From Mobula hypostoma (taxonomy: Eukaryota): a stretch of 64,000 nt of DNA. This document shows positions 24,390 through 37,426 of this stretch, one piece after another. The position numbers and the translations under genes were made by a program. Every line of letters starts with the position of its first letter. The stretch's first letter is position 1. The stretch lies in NCBI RefSeq assembly GCF_963921235.1, contig NC_086097.1, positions 152,026,001 to 152,090,000 of the forward strand. Reading direction: 5' to 3'. The notes beneath the pieces were generated by a model. The model was not told where the DNA came from. It saw only the letters and a list, made by a program, of their open reading frames with translations, and did not search any database.

Positions 24390-27300
24390 TGTAATAGCCC
24401 CTTGTGATAGCCAATTCAGCCCTGGGAAAAAGCCTCTGGCTATCCACACGATCAATGACTCTCATCATCTTACACACTTCTATTAGGTCATCTCTCATCC
24501 TCCGTTGCTCCAAGGAGAAAAGGCCAAGTTTACTCAACCTATTCTCATAAGGCATGCATTCCAATCCAGGCAATGTTCTTGTAAATCTCCTCTGCACTCT
24601 TTCTATAGCATCCACATGCTTCCTGTAGTGAGGTGACCAAAACTGAAAACAGTACTCCAAATGGGGTCTGACCAAGGTCTTGTATAGCTGTAACATTACC
24701 TGAAGGCTCTTAAACTCAATCCCATGGTTGATGAATGCCAACACATCATACGACTTCTTAACAATACCGTCAACCGGCACAGCAGCTTTGAATGCCCTGT
24801 GGACATGGACTCCAAGATCTCACTGATCTTCCACACTGCCAAGAGTCATACTGTTAATATTTTATTGTCTTCAAATTTGACCCACCGAAATGAACCATTA
24901 CATAATTATCTGGGCTGAACACCATCTGCCACTTCTCAGCCCAGTTCTGCATCCTGTCGATGTCCTGCTGTAACCTCTGACAACCCTCCAGTCAATCCAC
25001 AACACCCCTGACCTTTGTGTCATCAGCAAACTTGCTAATCCACTCTTCTATTTCTTCATCCAGGTTATTTATAAAAATCACAAAGAAGAGAGGTCCCAGA
25101 ACAGATCCCTGTGGAACACCACTGGTTACCTACCTCTATGCAGAATACAAACCATCTACAACCACCCTTTGCCTCCTGTGGCCAAGCCAATTCTGAATCC
25201 ACAGAACAAGATCTCCTTGGATCCCATGCCTCCTTACTTTCTGAATGAGTCTTATATGGGGAACCTTATCAAATGCTTTACTAAAATCCATATACACTAC
25301 ATCCACTGCTCCACCTTCATCAATTTGTTTTGTTACATCTTGAAAGAACTCAATCAGGCTCGTAAGCCATGACCTGCCCTTGACAAAGCCATGTTGACTA
25401 TCCCCAATTGGATTATGTCTCTCCAAATGCTCATAAATCCTGCCTCTCTGGATCTTCTCCAACAATTTGCCCTGCACTGAAATAAGTCTATAATTTCCTG
25501 GGTTATGTCTACTCCCTTTCTTGAACATGGGAAAAACATTTGCAACCCTCCAATCCTCTGGTACTTCTCCCTTCCCTATTGATGATGTAAAGATCATTGC
25601 CAGTGGCTCGGCAATCTCCTCCTTTGCTCCCCACAGTAGCCTGGGGTATATCTCATCTGATCCCGGCAACTTATCTAACTTAATGCTTTTCAAAAACTCC
25701 AGTACATCATCTTTCTTAATGTCTAAATGCTCAAGTGTTTTACTCTGCTGTCAGTCATCCCACAATTGCTGAGGTCCTTTTCCCAATGTTCCTTAATGGG
25801 AACATCCCAACCTTCCAGTTTGGTTGAATCCCAAAATCATACCAATCATCGCAGGTTTAGCTAACGAGCCAAGTAGCTATATGAGCCCCAGTGAAAGTGT
25901 TGCAGTAGCACATACTACTATTTTATCATTTTACACCTGCTTCCTCCAACCTAATAAACATAATCCATAATCAGGATATATTTATATTGCAAAGATTCTT
26001 CACAGGTTAGACTCATTTTTTTTCTTCTCTTCTGACTGCCAATTCTACTGAATCAATATTTCCAATCACCTTCAAAGTATTTCTGAAAGTAGCATTAAAT
26101 TCATAGCAAATTATTACATTCTTTACTCTCCGGTCATTCATTATTTCAATTCATTAATTTTTCATCTGGAAAATAAATTCTAGAAAAAAATAATCACCAG
26201 CCCAAGGAGATCCTGAACAAATTGGACCTAATTGTAGTGATGGCTGTTTGGAAGGTCCAAGGAAAAACTGACAGTCTGTTCTTCCATGAATATCTTAAAA
26301 TTGGGAAGACCTGCTGCCTACTAACAGGAAAGGACATGAAAACAGAATTTGTGAGGGATGCCTATCATTGAAACATTAGTGTCATAGGAAGAGTATGAGT
26401 GTAGAGGAGAGTGCGCGTGGAAATGAGAAGCAGAGAAAATACTATTATAGATAACAGCTGAGATGAAGATGAGACTTTTAGTGAAGGCAAGCTGTGTAAT
26501 GCTAACATACAAGATTCACCGATTTTCAAGCTTATGGGGTATAACATTTGGAAGTCACCTTATCTACAACAATATGACATACTTGAAAACTTCATTTCAA
26601 AAAGCACTTGTGTTCAGACAACCTGATTTAGATTAAATGCAGAGAAATAGCACATGGTATCAGGTACTGCAACCAGCACTGCTTTTAATATAAGCCAAGC
26701 TGTTTGGATACAATAAGATCTAAAATGAAGAAATGTCTCCTCTCTTGCACTGTGGCATATGAAATAATAACTTTTAAAGTCAAAGCAAATAACACTGTAC
26801 TTTTCCTCACTCTCATTTGCCATGATTAACCTGTGATCTGTGTATACACATCGAAGTGCATACATAAATTCTAACTCTTTCCATGCTTTGGTTTATGTAA
26901 TATTACACTTTTGCCATTCTTTACACTTAGTTCTTGAAGTATTACAGCTGTCGGTCAATGTCTGATTCCTTTCTGGTCACTTATGGACCTTGTACTGGCC
27001 TTTACAATTATTTTTAGAAGTATTGTAAGTGGGTTTATTCTTTCCTTGATGATGTCTATGGTAATTGAACACAAAGAAAACACGAGTCAACTGCTGGAGA
27101 ATTGTTGAGTTGGACACAAACTTAAGATGCTGATTGCTATCTCAGGTGGGATAAGAGAAAATAGACACCTAACCAGGTAGGAACAAACCCAGAGATATGA
27201 AATTCTAGTGGCCAATATATACAGAGGTTTTGCTTTCTGTTCAGCCTTATGCTCTTATTCTCCTATTCTCCTAAATCTTTTTCTAATGTGAGGCATGCTG

Positions 27301-27799
27301 CAAATCAACAAGTCATTACATTTTCTAATTTATATATTTTTTAAAAAGTGTTTTGGAAAGCCAGGAAGGGCCTTGAAAAGTCCTTGGCAAGTAGGATTAA
27401 AGAGAATTCCAAGGCTGCTTATGCCATCAGTACATCAAGAGTGAGAAGATAAGGTAGGACTACTCATGGATAAAAGGAGGAATCTTCGCTTGGATGCCAT
27501 GGATGTTGGTGAGGCTGTTAATGACTACTTTACATCAGTATTCACCTAGGAGAAGAGGAAGAGAACACTTCCTCTGTCCGCCAGAGAAAGCAGGATCTCC
27601 CAGTGGCCACACATTTTAATTCCACGTCCCATTCCCATTCTGATATGTCTATCCATGGCCTCCTCCACTGTCAAGATGAAGCCACACTCAGGTTGGAGGA
27701 ACAACACCTTGTATTCCGTCTGGGTAGCCTCCAACCTGATGGCATGAACATTGACTTCTCTAACTTCCATTAATGCCCCTCCTCCCCCATTTTTATTTT

Positions 27800-27802
<3 letters not shown>

Positions 27803-27856
<54 letters not shown>
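27803..27856. repeat. (AC)27 microsatellite
   Basis: Seen directly. Confidence 0.98.
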
Positions 27857-27858
<2 letters not shown>

Positions 27859-28118
27859 CCTTTTTTCCCTCTTTTTTTCTGCCTCCGTCCCTCTCACAAT
27901 AACTCCTTGCCTGTTCTCCATCTTCCTCTGGTGCTTCCCTCCCCCTTTCTTTCTCCCTGGGCCTACTGCCCCATGATCCTCTCCCTTCTCCAACCTTGTA
28001 TCCCTTTTGCCAATCAATTTTCCAGCTGTTAGCTTCATCCCTCCCCCTCCTGTCTTCTCCTATAATTTGGGATCTCCCCCTCCCCCTCTCAAATCTCTTA
28101 CTATCTCTTCTTTCAGTT

Positions 28119-28154
28119 AGTCCTGACGAAGGGTCTCGGCCCGAAACGTCAACT
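28119..28154 (+). ncRNA. Minimal type I hammerhead ribozyme motif
   Basis: AGTC CTGACGA agggtctcggccc GAAAC GTC AACT: intact CUGANGA, GAAA and GUC core; one mismatch in stem I. Confidence 0.75.
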
Positions 28155-28237
28155 GTACTTCTTCCTATAGATGCTGCCTGGCCTGCTGTGTTCCACCAGC
28201 ATTGTGTGTGTGTTGCTTGAATTTCCAGCATCATTTC

Positions 28238-31200
28238 CAATCTTTTTATTAGTTTTCAAAATTATAAACATGACAATAATACTGAACAGAGATTGTGATT
28301 ACATTAATAATTGACATTGCAAATATAGCATTGGTAATAATACAGATGTATAAAGTTTCCCAGACTCTAAATATAATTAAACATAGTAAAGGGATAAATG
28401 AGAAAAAAAAATCTTTAAAAATCCCCAAATTAGAAAAGAACAGAAACATTAATTAAACTAAGCGATATTAACCTAAACTAAATAAAACTAAAAACAAAAC
28501 TATAGTGAAAAAAAGACAGGCTAACATATTACATTGGATAGAATCATTAAAGCCGTTAACTCCACTCCTCTATCCGTGTATTTTAAGTTTAAAAAAAAAA
28601 ATTCGAAAAGGTCAAACTACATCATATGGAAATGTTGAATAAATGGTCTCCAAGTTTCTTCAAATTTAATCGAAGGGTCGGAGGTGCCACTTCTAATTTT
28701 CTTTAAATTTAAACAAGATATAGTTTGAGAAAACCATTGAAATGTAGTAGGGGGATTGACCTCTCTCCAGTTCAATAAGATAAATTTTCTAGCCATTGAT
28801 GTCAAAAAGGCAATCATCCGACAGGCTGAAGGGGATAAGTAACTACCTTCCATCATTGGTAACCCAAAGGTTGCAGTAACAGGGTGTGGTTGTAATTAAT
28901 ACACAAAAGAGTAGAAATAATATCAAAGATATCTTTCCAATATTTATGCAAGAAAGGGCAAGACCAAAACATGTGAGTCAAGGAAGCAAATTCAGAATGG
29001 CATCTATCACAAATTGAGCTTATATGTGAATAGAAATGAGCTAACTTGACTTTAGACGTGTGCCCTATGCACCACCTTAAATTATGTCAATGTACGTTCG
29101 GCACATAAAGAGGACATGTTAACTAATTGAAATTTTTTCCTCATTTTTCTATAGGTAAATGAAGTTGTAGTTCTCTTTCCCATTCAATCTTAATTTTATC
29201 AGATATACCTGAATTTATTTTCATAATCAAATCATAAATGAATACTATTAAACCCTTCTGAAAATGATTTAAACTTGGAATTTTTTCCGTAGTATCAATT
29301 GGATGTGAAGTTGGAAATGTGGGTAAATTAATATTTTAAAAGTTTCTAATTTGTAAATATCTGAAAAAGTGAGATCTAGACAAATTAATTTAGATAACTG
29401 TTCAAAAGACATGAAACAGTTATCCAAAAATAAATCACGAAAGCTTAATATACCTTTCATTTTCCATACAGATAAAGCTTGATCTATAATAGAAGGTTGA
29501 AAGAAAAAATTAGACGTAATAGGGCTTGATAAAATAAATTGGGTCAAGCCAAAATATTTACGAAATTGAAACCATATTCGTATTGTATGTTTAATTAGTG
29601 ATAGTCATAGTCATACTTTATTGATCCCGGGGGAAATTGGTTAATTATTGGATTAAACATTTGTTCATTTAATTTAGAAATAACAAATGGTAAAGACGTC
29701 CCTAAAATGGAAGTCAGAGAAAACTCTTGTATAGATTTACATTCCAGGTTTACCCATTGTGGGCATAAAGTTATATCCAAATCTTGTGTCCAAAATATTA
29801 AATATCGGACATTAATTGTCCAATAGTAAAATATAAAATTTGGTAAGCCAAATCACTGTCCTTTTCAGACTTCTGTAAATATTTTTTACTTAATCTAGGA
29901 TTTTTGTTCTGATAGAGATATATATATGATTTTAGAATCTAAAGTATCAAAAAAAGATTTAGAAATAAAAATTGGTAATGCCTGAAACAAGTATAAAAAT
30001 TTTGGTAGGAGAAGCATCTTAATAGCATTAATTCGACCAAGCATTGATAGAAATAATGGGACCATTTAATAAAAATTTGATTAATTTGATCAATTAAAGG
30101 TAAAAAAAAATGCTTAAATAAATCCTTATGTTCCTTAGTAATTTTAACACCCGGATAAGTAAAATAATCATTAACCAGTCTGAATAGTAAACCTCTATAA
30201 ATTTGAATCTACATATTTAAAGGGAAGAGTTCACTCTTATTAAGGTTCAATTTATAGCCTGAAAAATTACTAAACTTATCAAGCAAGGATAGTAGTGCTG
30301 GAATAGATTTTTCGGGGTTAGAAATATATAGTAATAAATCATCAACATATAGTGATAACTTATGTGTTTCATTCCCACGGGTGATACCAAATATATTAGT
30401 TGATTCACGAATAGCAATGGCCAAAGGTTCTCAAGCAATATCAAATAGCAATGGACTAAGAGGACAACCTTGCCTGATGCCGCAAAACAACTGAAAAAAG
30501 GGAGATCTTTGATTATTGGTAAATACCGATGCCGAAGGGGTAAGGTATATTAATTTAATCCAAGATATAAATGTCAGACTAAAATCAAATTTTTCAAGCA
30601 CACTTAATAAATATATCCATTCAACCCTGTCAAACGCTTTCTCAGCATCTAGTTAAATGACGCATTCTGGAGTTCTAGATGAAGGAGTATAAACAATATT
30701 CATTAATCTAATACTAAAAAATAATGATTTTTAATAAATCCTATCTGATTAACAGAAATAATTTGAGGCAATACTTTTTCCAATCTGGTCATTAATATTT
30801 TAGAAAAAATCTTGGAATCTATTTTCAACAAAGATATAGGCCTATATGATACACATTCAGTGGGATCTTTATCTTTCTTAAGAATTGCAGCATAAAAGGA
30901 CTGTGGTAATTAATCTATAGATAATGCACCCTTTCAAATTTCTATTATAGCCAAGGTGAAAGAATGTTAGAAAAGGATTTGAAAAATTCTATTGTGAAAC
31001 CGTCCGGACCAGGTGCTTTACCTGAATCATCAAAAAAATAGCAGTTTTAAATTCATCTTCAGTAATGGGAGTTTCTAATATTAAACGTTCATCAGATGAT
31101 AATTTTGGAAAATTCAATTTCCTTAAAAATTCGTGCATCAATGTAAGATAATCGGGAGATTCTGATTGGTATAGTGAAGTATAGAATTCTTGAAAGGATT

Positions 31201-33215
31201 TATTTATCTCATCATGATCAATGGTCAGGACAACATCACTTCTACGAATCTTAAGAATCTGGCGTTTAGCAGAAGCAGTTTCCAGTTGATTAGCCAATAA
31301 TTTACCAGATTTATCACCGTGTATATAGAACAGACTCCTAGTTTTACTTAATTGATTTTTGATTGAGGATGTTAGTAATAAGTTGTGCTCCATTTGAAGC
31401 TCAACTCTCTTTTTATAAAGCTTCTTACTAGGAGCAATAGAATATTCCTTGTAAATTTCTTTGATCTTATCAACCAACATTTCTATTTCATTATTAATTT
31501 GTTTTTTCAGTCCAGCAGAATATGAAATAATCTGTCCAAGTATATATGCTTTAAAAGTGTCCAATAATATTCCACTAGAAATTTCTTCCATAGCATTTGT
31601 TGAAAAGAAAAATTTAAAAAAAAATCGATCTGATCCTTAATGAAATTAACAAATTTCGTATCTTGAAGAAGAGTAGAATTAAACCACCATTGTCTAAAAT
31701 TAGAAAATGTATCCATTAATTTGATAGATAGTTTCAAAGGCGCATGATCAGAAATTGAGATGGAGTGACAGTTACAGTCAATAACAAATGGAATTAAACG
31801 AGTCAATAAAGAAATAGTCAATTCTCGAGTACTTATGATTATACATGAGAAAAGAATGAAAACTCTTTATCCTTGGGGTATAAAAATCTCCAAAGTTCTA
31901 CAATTCCTGTATCAACCATAAAAGAATTGATAAGAGTAGCAGGTTTATTTGGAAGTGTCTGATTAGAAACAGATCTATCCATCAAAGTATTTAAACAACA
32001 GTTAAAATCTCCACCCATTATCAGCATATAATCATTTTAAATTAGAAAGAGCTGTGAACAAACACTTAAAAAATTCAGGATTGTCAATATTTGGAGAAAA
32101 AACGTTCACCATAATAACCTTTTTATTAAAAAGTAAACTGGTAATTAACAAAAAATCTACCATTTGGGTCTGAAATAGTTTCGTAATGAATATATGATAC
32201 TGAAGAATCTATGAAAATGTAAATTCCTTTCACTTTGGCATCCTAGTTCGAATGGTATTGTTGATCCCACCAAAACCTTAAAAAACGCTGTTTATCCTCT
32301 CTCCTCATGAGTTTCTTGTACAAAAATAATGTGAGCATTCATTCTGTGGAATACATTAACATTATTTTTTCGTTTAATCGGGTGGTTTAAACCGTTTGTA
32401 TTCCATGAAACAAAGTTAATAATCTTGCACATATTACTAAAGTTAATTATTTGGTATGTAAAGGGTTAACCAGCGTACAAACTCACAACTCCGGAAGAGA
32501 GAAAAAGGGTTTGAAGAGGAACTGGAAGTTACGACATATCGGACATATTTTTAGTTGCAAATTAGCCCCTTTGGAAAAATTAGAGTAAAAATAGAAATAC
32601 CACCACCCTCCACCCATAAAGACCCAGAAAAAAGACAAAGAAGCAAAAAAGTAATCCAACACTAAATCTAACCCCATTTTTCTAAAAGGCAGCCCAAAAG
32701 ATATATATTTATATTTTAAAAACACCCAAAAAATAAAATTAATCTAGTAAATGAAAGCTACAGTCATTGAAAACATAGGACAAAATACCATTTTATTATT
32801 ATTTTTAGAAAAAAAAACGTCAATTAATATTGTTAGTACTTTTCAAATCGAAACAATAAGAAAATGATGCAACAAGATAGAAAAAACAGTGTAGGGGAAG
32901 AAAGGCATAAACACTATCTTGAAATGTAAAGAAATGAAAAGAACCAAATACTTCCCAAACCTTTCAAAAACAAAATTAAACCCCAAATCTTCTCCTTAAT
33001 TACCTTCAAAAGCAGAGGAAGTAAGAATAAAAATAGAAATTAAAGAAAAACAGATAGAATCATTAAGAAAGAAAAACTTTAATCAAAAAGTATATTAAAA
33101 AATACCTACACTACAAACCAAGAACCTAAGTCCTTGGATTATCAAAGATCCAAATCTGTAACTCTATTACTAACAAAAAAAAACAGTAGGAACAAAAATA
33201 AAAAAAAGAAACAGT
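28238..33215 (-). mobile_element. L1-clade LINE, 5'-truncated; decayed ORF2 at 32432-28617
   Basis: ORF2 start MCKIINFVSWNTNGLNHPIKRK; GGDFN and SDH endonuclease motifs; RQGCPLSPLLF and LYVDDLLLY RT motifs; C-terminus KFEETWRPFI; no ORF1 seen. Confidence 0.93.
29598..29640 (-). mobile_element. 43-bp extreme 3' tail of a Rex1-like LINE inside the L1
   Basis: ccaatttcccccgggatcaataaagtatgactatgactat flanked by TTAATTA at 29591-29597 and 29641-29647. Confidence 0.75.
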
Positions 33216-35329
33216 AGAATTCCTCGTGTTTACAAGTATAAAGAGATCAGTTCTGAGAGTATTGATATGCTAGGGCATTTTGAAGTAAAGGAGGAGGTAG
33301 TGTTGTGTTTCTTAAAGAGCATTAATAGATTTGTGTCCTCTCTAGCCCCAGGCGAGGTCCCGGAGGACTGGAAAGTAGCTAATGTTTTCCATTATTCAAT
33401 AAGGGAAGCAGGGATAATCCTGGAAATGATAGACCTGTGAGTCTCATGTAAGTGTTAGAGAAGTTACTGGAGAGAATTCTTAGGGCTAGGATTTGAACCT
33501 TTGGAAAATCATTAATTAGAGAGAGCCAGCGTGGCTTTGTGTGGGGCAAGTTGTGTCTTACTATCTTGATTGAGTTTTTTGACAAGGTAATGAGGATGAT
33601 TAGTGAAGGTAGAGAATGTGGATATTGCCTACATGGATTTAATAAGGCATTTGACAAGGTCCCTGATGGGAAGCTCATCCAGAAGATTGAGGTGCATGGA
33701 TCCATGGTGAATTGGCCATTTGGATTCAGAACTGGCTTGAAGAGGGTACTTGACTAGAGGACTTATTCTAGTGGAGGACTGTTGTTAGTGGTGTTCTGCA
33801 AGAATCTGTACTGGGAGCTCTGCTGTTTGAGATGTACATAAATGACATGGATGAAAATGTAGATTGGTGAGTTAGTAAGTTTTTTAGATTATATTAAGTA
33901 TAATATTGATGGATAGTGTTGTGGATAGCACAGAAGTCTGGCAAAGAATAGATCAGGTTATAGATCAATTGCAGATATGGGTGGAGAAATGGCAAATGAA
34001 ATTTAACCCAGCCAAATATGAACTGTTACACCTTGGCAGGTGAAATGTTAAGAGACTGTACACTGTTAATGACAAGATCCTTAATAGTGTTGATGAGCAG
34101 AGGGATCTTGGGAAAGTTTATAGCTCTCTGAAAGTGACTACACTAGTTGATAGGGTGGTTAAGAAGGCATATAGCATGTTTTTTTAAAAAAACAAGGTAT
34201 TGAGTTTAAAATTCAGGAAGTCATCTTCAGTTTTATAAAACTCGAGTTGGGCTGCATCTGGAGTATTGTATAAAGTTCTGGTTGCCTCATTATAGAAAGG
34301 GTATTGAGGTTTTGGAGAGGGTGCAGAAGAGGTTTACCAGGACGTTGCCTGGATTAGAGGACATGCGCTATAACGAGAGGTTGGACAAACTTGGGTTGCT
34401 TTCTCTGGAGTGACAGAAGCTGAGTAGAGATCTGATAGAGGTTTATAAGATTAAGAGAGACATAGAGTGGACAGACAATATCTTTTTCCAAGGGTTAAGA
34501 TATCTAATACAAGAGAGCATGTATTTTGGATGAGGGGAGTAATTTCAAAGGAGATGTGAGGCAAGTTGTTTCACAGGGAGTTGTGGGTGCCTGGAATGTG
34601 CTGCCTGGGGTGGCGGTAGAGCCAGAAACAGTGAAGACATTTTCAAGAGATTTTTAGATAGGTACATGAATGTGAGAAAAATGGAAGGATATGGGCATTT
34701 TGTAGGCTGAAGGGATTAGTTTAGATAGCCATTTCATTACTAATTAATTGGTTTGGCACAACTTTGTGGGCTGAAAGGCCTTTTCTTGTGCTGTACTGTT
34801 TTGTGTTCTATATGTGGTGCTGCTCGGCAACATTACATTACCTTCCATACAAGCATGTGAACAGATTTGTGAGATGTTTTATTTTGAGATGAGCTGCTGC
34901 ATTTGTGTAGATTCATACAGTTTTATAGATGTTAATTAAGAACAGAGCATGTAATATCTAGAGCAAATCATCCCTTTAATTAATAGAATAATTAAAACAA
35001 TTGCACCACCCAATGAATTACCTTCCATCAAACAAGAACTTGAGTAGAATTTCTAGCTGGGATTAATCTAGCAAACAGCGTCTATTTACACAAAAAAAAC
35101 AAAATCTATTTAAATGTTTTCTCTACAAACTCAGCAAATAGAGGTCATGTCCATACTCTTGCAGAGTCTCATAATAAAGCATTCTTAATTGTCATGAAAA
35201 TATGCTGAATGCAGGGTATTAACAATATCCAAATTATAGATAAGAAATTGGTCATTAGTATCATGTGCGAGTCATCTATATAAATGATATAAACTAAATT
35301 AGATCACAAAGTAATCAGTTGTGTGCTTA

Positions 35330-35975
35330 TGATGCTTCTCAGTCATCCAGGTTATTGTACATCAAACAGTAGCTAGTCAAGACAACTGGACTTACTGCGT
35401 TTAGAAGACATTTTGCCACTCATGCGAGAGGCTTTGATTTATAAACTGAGTTGTTTAAAGGTATATCAATCACACGAGGGTCATAGAGGTAATGAGAGGG
35501 TCATTATTCTTATCCTTGCATGAATGGAAGTATGAACTGTTGTGGAGACGCTGGGGTAGAGATGTTAGGACTGCATTGTAAGTATCTGATAGGTGGTGTC
35601 ATACCCCACCTCCTCTGTTCAGGGATGGGTTTTCCAGTTTAACAAAGATAGCTTCTTTAACCCCTCTTTCAAGCCACCAGTCCTCCCTGTTTAAAATATG
35701 CACCAGCTATCAGCCTGCCCCTACGCAGTCCTAACATCTCTGCCCCAGTGTTTCTTCAATAGTTCACAAATCCATTCATGCAAAGATAAGACTAATGACC
35801 ATCTTATTACCTCTACGACTCTTAATGACCCTCATGTGGTTGCTATACCTTTAAACAACTCAGAGTTTATAAGCTGGAAAACTACCCAACATGGATCAGA
35901 ACTAAAGAAGCTTCTCGAAACATCTTCCAGACAAGACAGGAAGTCCAGTTGCCTTGACTTACTGCTGCAACAAGA
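35330..35975. mobile_element. Second Penelope-like family: GIY-YIG tail (minus) with inverted partial duplicate (plus)
   Basis: Minus-strand ILNREDWWLERGVKEAIFVKLENPSLNRGGG near 35600-35697; 35701-35970 is a diverged reverse complement of about 35370-35600. Confidence 0.85.
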
Positions 35976-36147
35976 AATATAATAACTTTTGTGTGATGGT
36001 ATACCCATTGAAATTTGTCCTCTCATGTCAAATGTTTCTCTAGACTCAGTCATACAACTAAAAATGGCATAAGTAGCATACCCCAGCTAGATCAAGACAT
36101 CTTGAGCTTTTCCCCCCTCCCACTGTGAATTATATAACGATAACTGT

Positions 36148-36366
36148 TTATGTTATATGCAGGATGAGATCTGGGAAGGGGTCAAGACTAGCTATCTTGT
36201 CACATAACACGCGTTCAAAGATATTTGTTCTGTCAATTATTGGGGTGGTTGTATATGTATTCAGAGCCATCCCACAATACAGTGACAAAAATTTTCTTTC
36301 CTGTGTCTGCATTTGTAACAAATATATTTCAATCTTCCGGGTTAGTCTGGTCAGCCAAATGTGTTC
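36148..36366 (-). CDS. Terminal coding exon of an unidentified gene (EHIWLTRLTRK...DPFPDLILHIT*)
   Basis: Acceptor tatatttacattag|GAA; phase 0 matches the upstream exon; 72 open codons then TAA; not repeat-like. Confidence 0.75.
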   Translation of the reverse strand, partial: EHIWLTRLTRKIEIYLLQMQTQERKFLSLYCGMALNTYTTTPIIDRTNIFERVLCDKIASLDPFPDLILHIT

Positions 36367-36671
36367 CTAATGTAAATATATAATTTTGCAGAACTGGCAG
36401 TCTTCTTTCTTTGAGTTTTAAGACTGTTTGATGTGCTTTTAGTTGAAACAGATTCTTCTGAGAAATTCTATCACCAAAATCTCCCAGGAGATTCTTCTAT
36501 TAGGTCTCCTCCTGGATACCTGCTTGTGCTGAATAACGACATATTACAGTAATAGTTCTGAAAATTTCATTTAAAAGTCACAGTAGTCATTGACTGGAAA
36601 CTTCACTGGACTAACCGAATGAACACTCATGGTTAGATCAGAGGCTCAGTATTCTCCATCGAATCATTTAC

Positions 36672-36870
36672 CTCCAATTCCCCAACTACAAAGGTGAAGT
36701 AAGGAGGATGATAAAAACGCCTGCATTGGATGGGCATATCTCTAACAAACTCAAGGAAACTGACATTGTCAATGATAAAGTCATTTTCTTCATTGACATC
36801 TTCTCCTGTTTCAAATATCCCCTTCACCACCCCTCTATCTCTGGTATATTGTAGCTTCCGGCTGTACCAC
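36672..36870 (-). CDS. Internal coding exon, 199 nt, phase 2 to 0 (WYSRKLQY...FVVGELE)
   Basis: Acceptor ttttgtttttagcttgtag|G; donor GAG|gtaaat; lies within ORF 36633-36887; globular-protein composition. Confidence 0.8.
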
Positions 36871-37386
36871 CTACAAGCTAAAAACAAAATCTACACTGCA
36901 GGAATTATTTGACTAAAGAAGCAACACGCATAATATCAACCATCTGACAGGATAACAGCAGGAAGCACATGGCGAGACAATTACCTCAAATATCCTGTCC
37001 ATCTTGTACCTTGTTACCACTTAGATAATAAAATCCTGACATTTTTTACATGTCAGTACTGTGGGAGTACCTTTGCCAGTGTTCTGTAGCCCTTTGAAAT
37101 TCACTCTATTACAGCCAGGCAGGGATGGGTAATATATACTGATCATCTTGAGAATACAATTGCAAGCATGAAACAGAAGTTATCCAATGAGTAAATTTTA
37201 CATATTCAAGGAACAATTTTCCTCTCTTGAGCCTCATCACCTGGTGGCACCCAAGTATTAGCTGCTCACTAATCATGTATAATCCACTTCATTCATTCTT
37301 GTGACTGTCAACAAAGGCCACCGGAGAGGCACATTGTTAGTGGTATAAAAGTCTTTATTCAGCATACACAAGCTGACATTATTTAC

Positions 37387-37426
37387 CTGGAGAAGACTCC
37401 CTGACCCAACATTACATCTGTATATA
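37387..37426 (-). CDS. Internal coding exon, 40 nt, phase 1 to 2 (YTDVMLGQGVFS)
   Basis: Acceptor ttacttttgatcttcag|; donor CAG|gtaaat; AG|G forms an Arg codon with the next exon. Confidence 0.7.

Larger units (their letters stand above)
23505..25790 (-). mobile_element. 5'-truncated CR1 LINE with two internal insertions
   Basis: ORFs 25136-25693 and 24328-24780 carry CR1 RT motifs; extreme 3' end at about 23505-23542. Confidence 0.93.
27546..28232 (+). mobile_element. Penelope-like element 3' end (GIY-YIG C-terminus and terminal repeat); last bases displaced to 33217-33231
   Basis: Translation DLPVATHFNSTSHSHSDMSIHGLLHCQDEATLRLEEQHLVFRLGSLQPDGMNIDFSNF; hammerhead motif in the repeat. Confidence 0.92.
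27340..34810 (+). mobile_element. CR1 ORF2 remnant in two pieces (27340-27545 and 33232-34810)
   Basis: Both pieces are colinear with the CR1 at 46450-50010; the gap is filled by Penelope and L1. Confidence 0.85.

Noticed and set aside
26614..26865. Minus ORF with a good acceptor (SYCIQTAWLILKAV...)
   Set aside because: Weak donor (gttgtc), lies beyond the hidden gene's stop, phase not linked to other exons.
27546..28240. ORFs with CVCVCV or THTHTH runs
   Set aside because: Translations of the (AC)n microsatellite and Penelope repeat.
36453..36530. Alternative last exon HKQVSRRRPNRR...ICFN*
   Set aside because: Weaker acceptor and a much shorter frame than 36366-36148; cannot be fully excluded.
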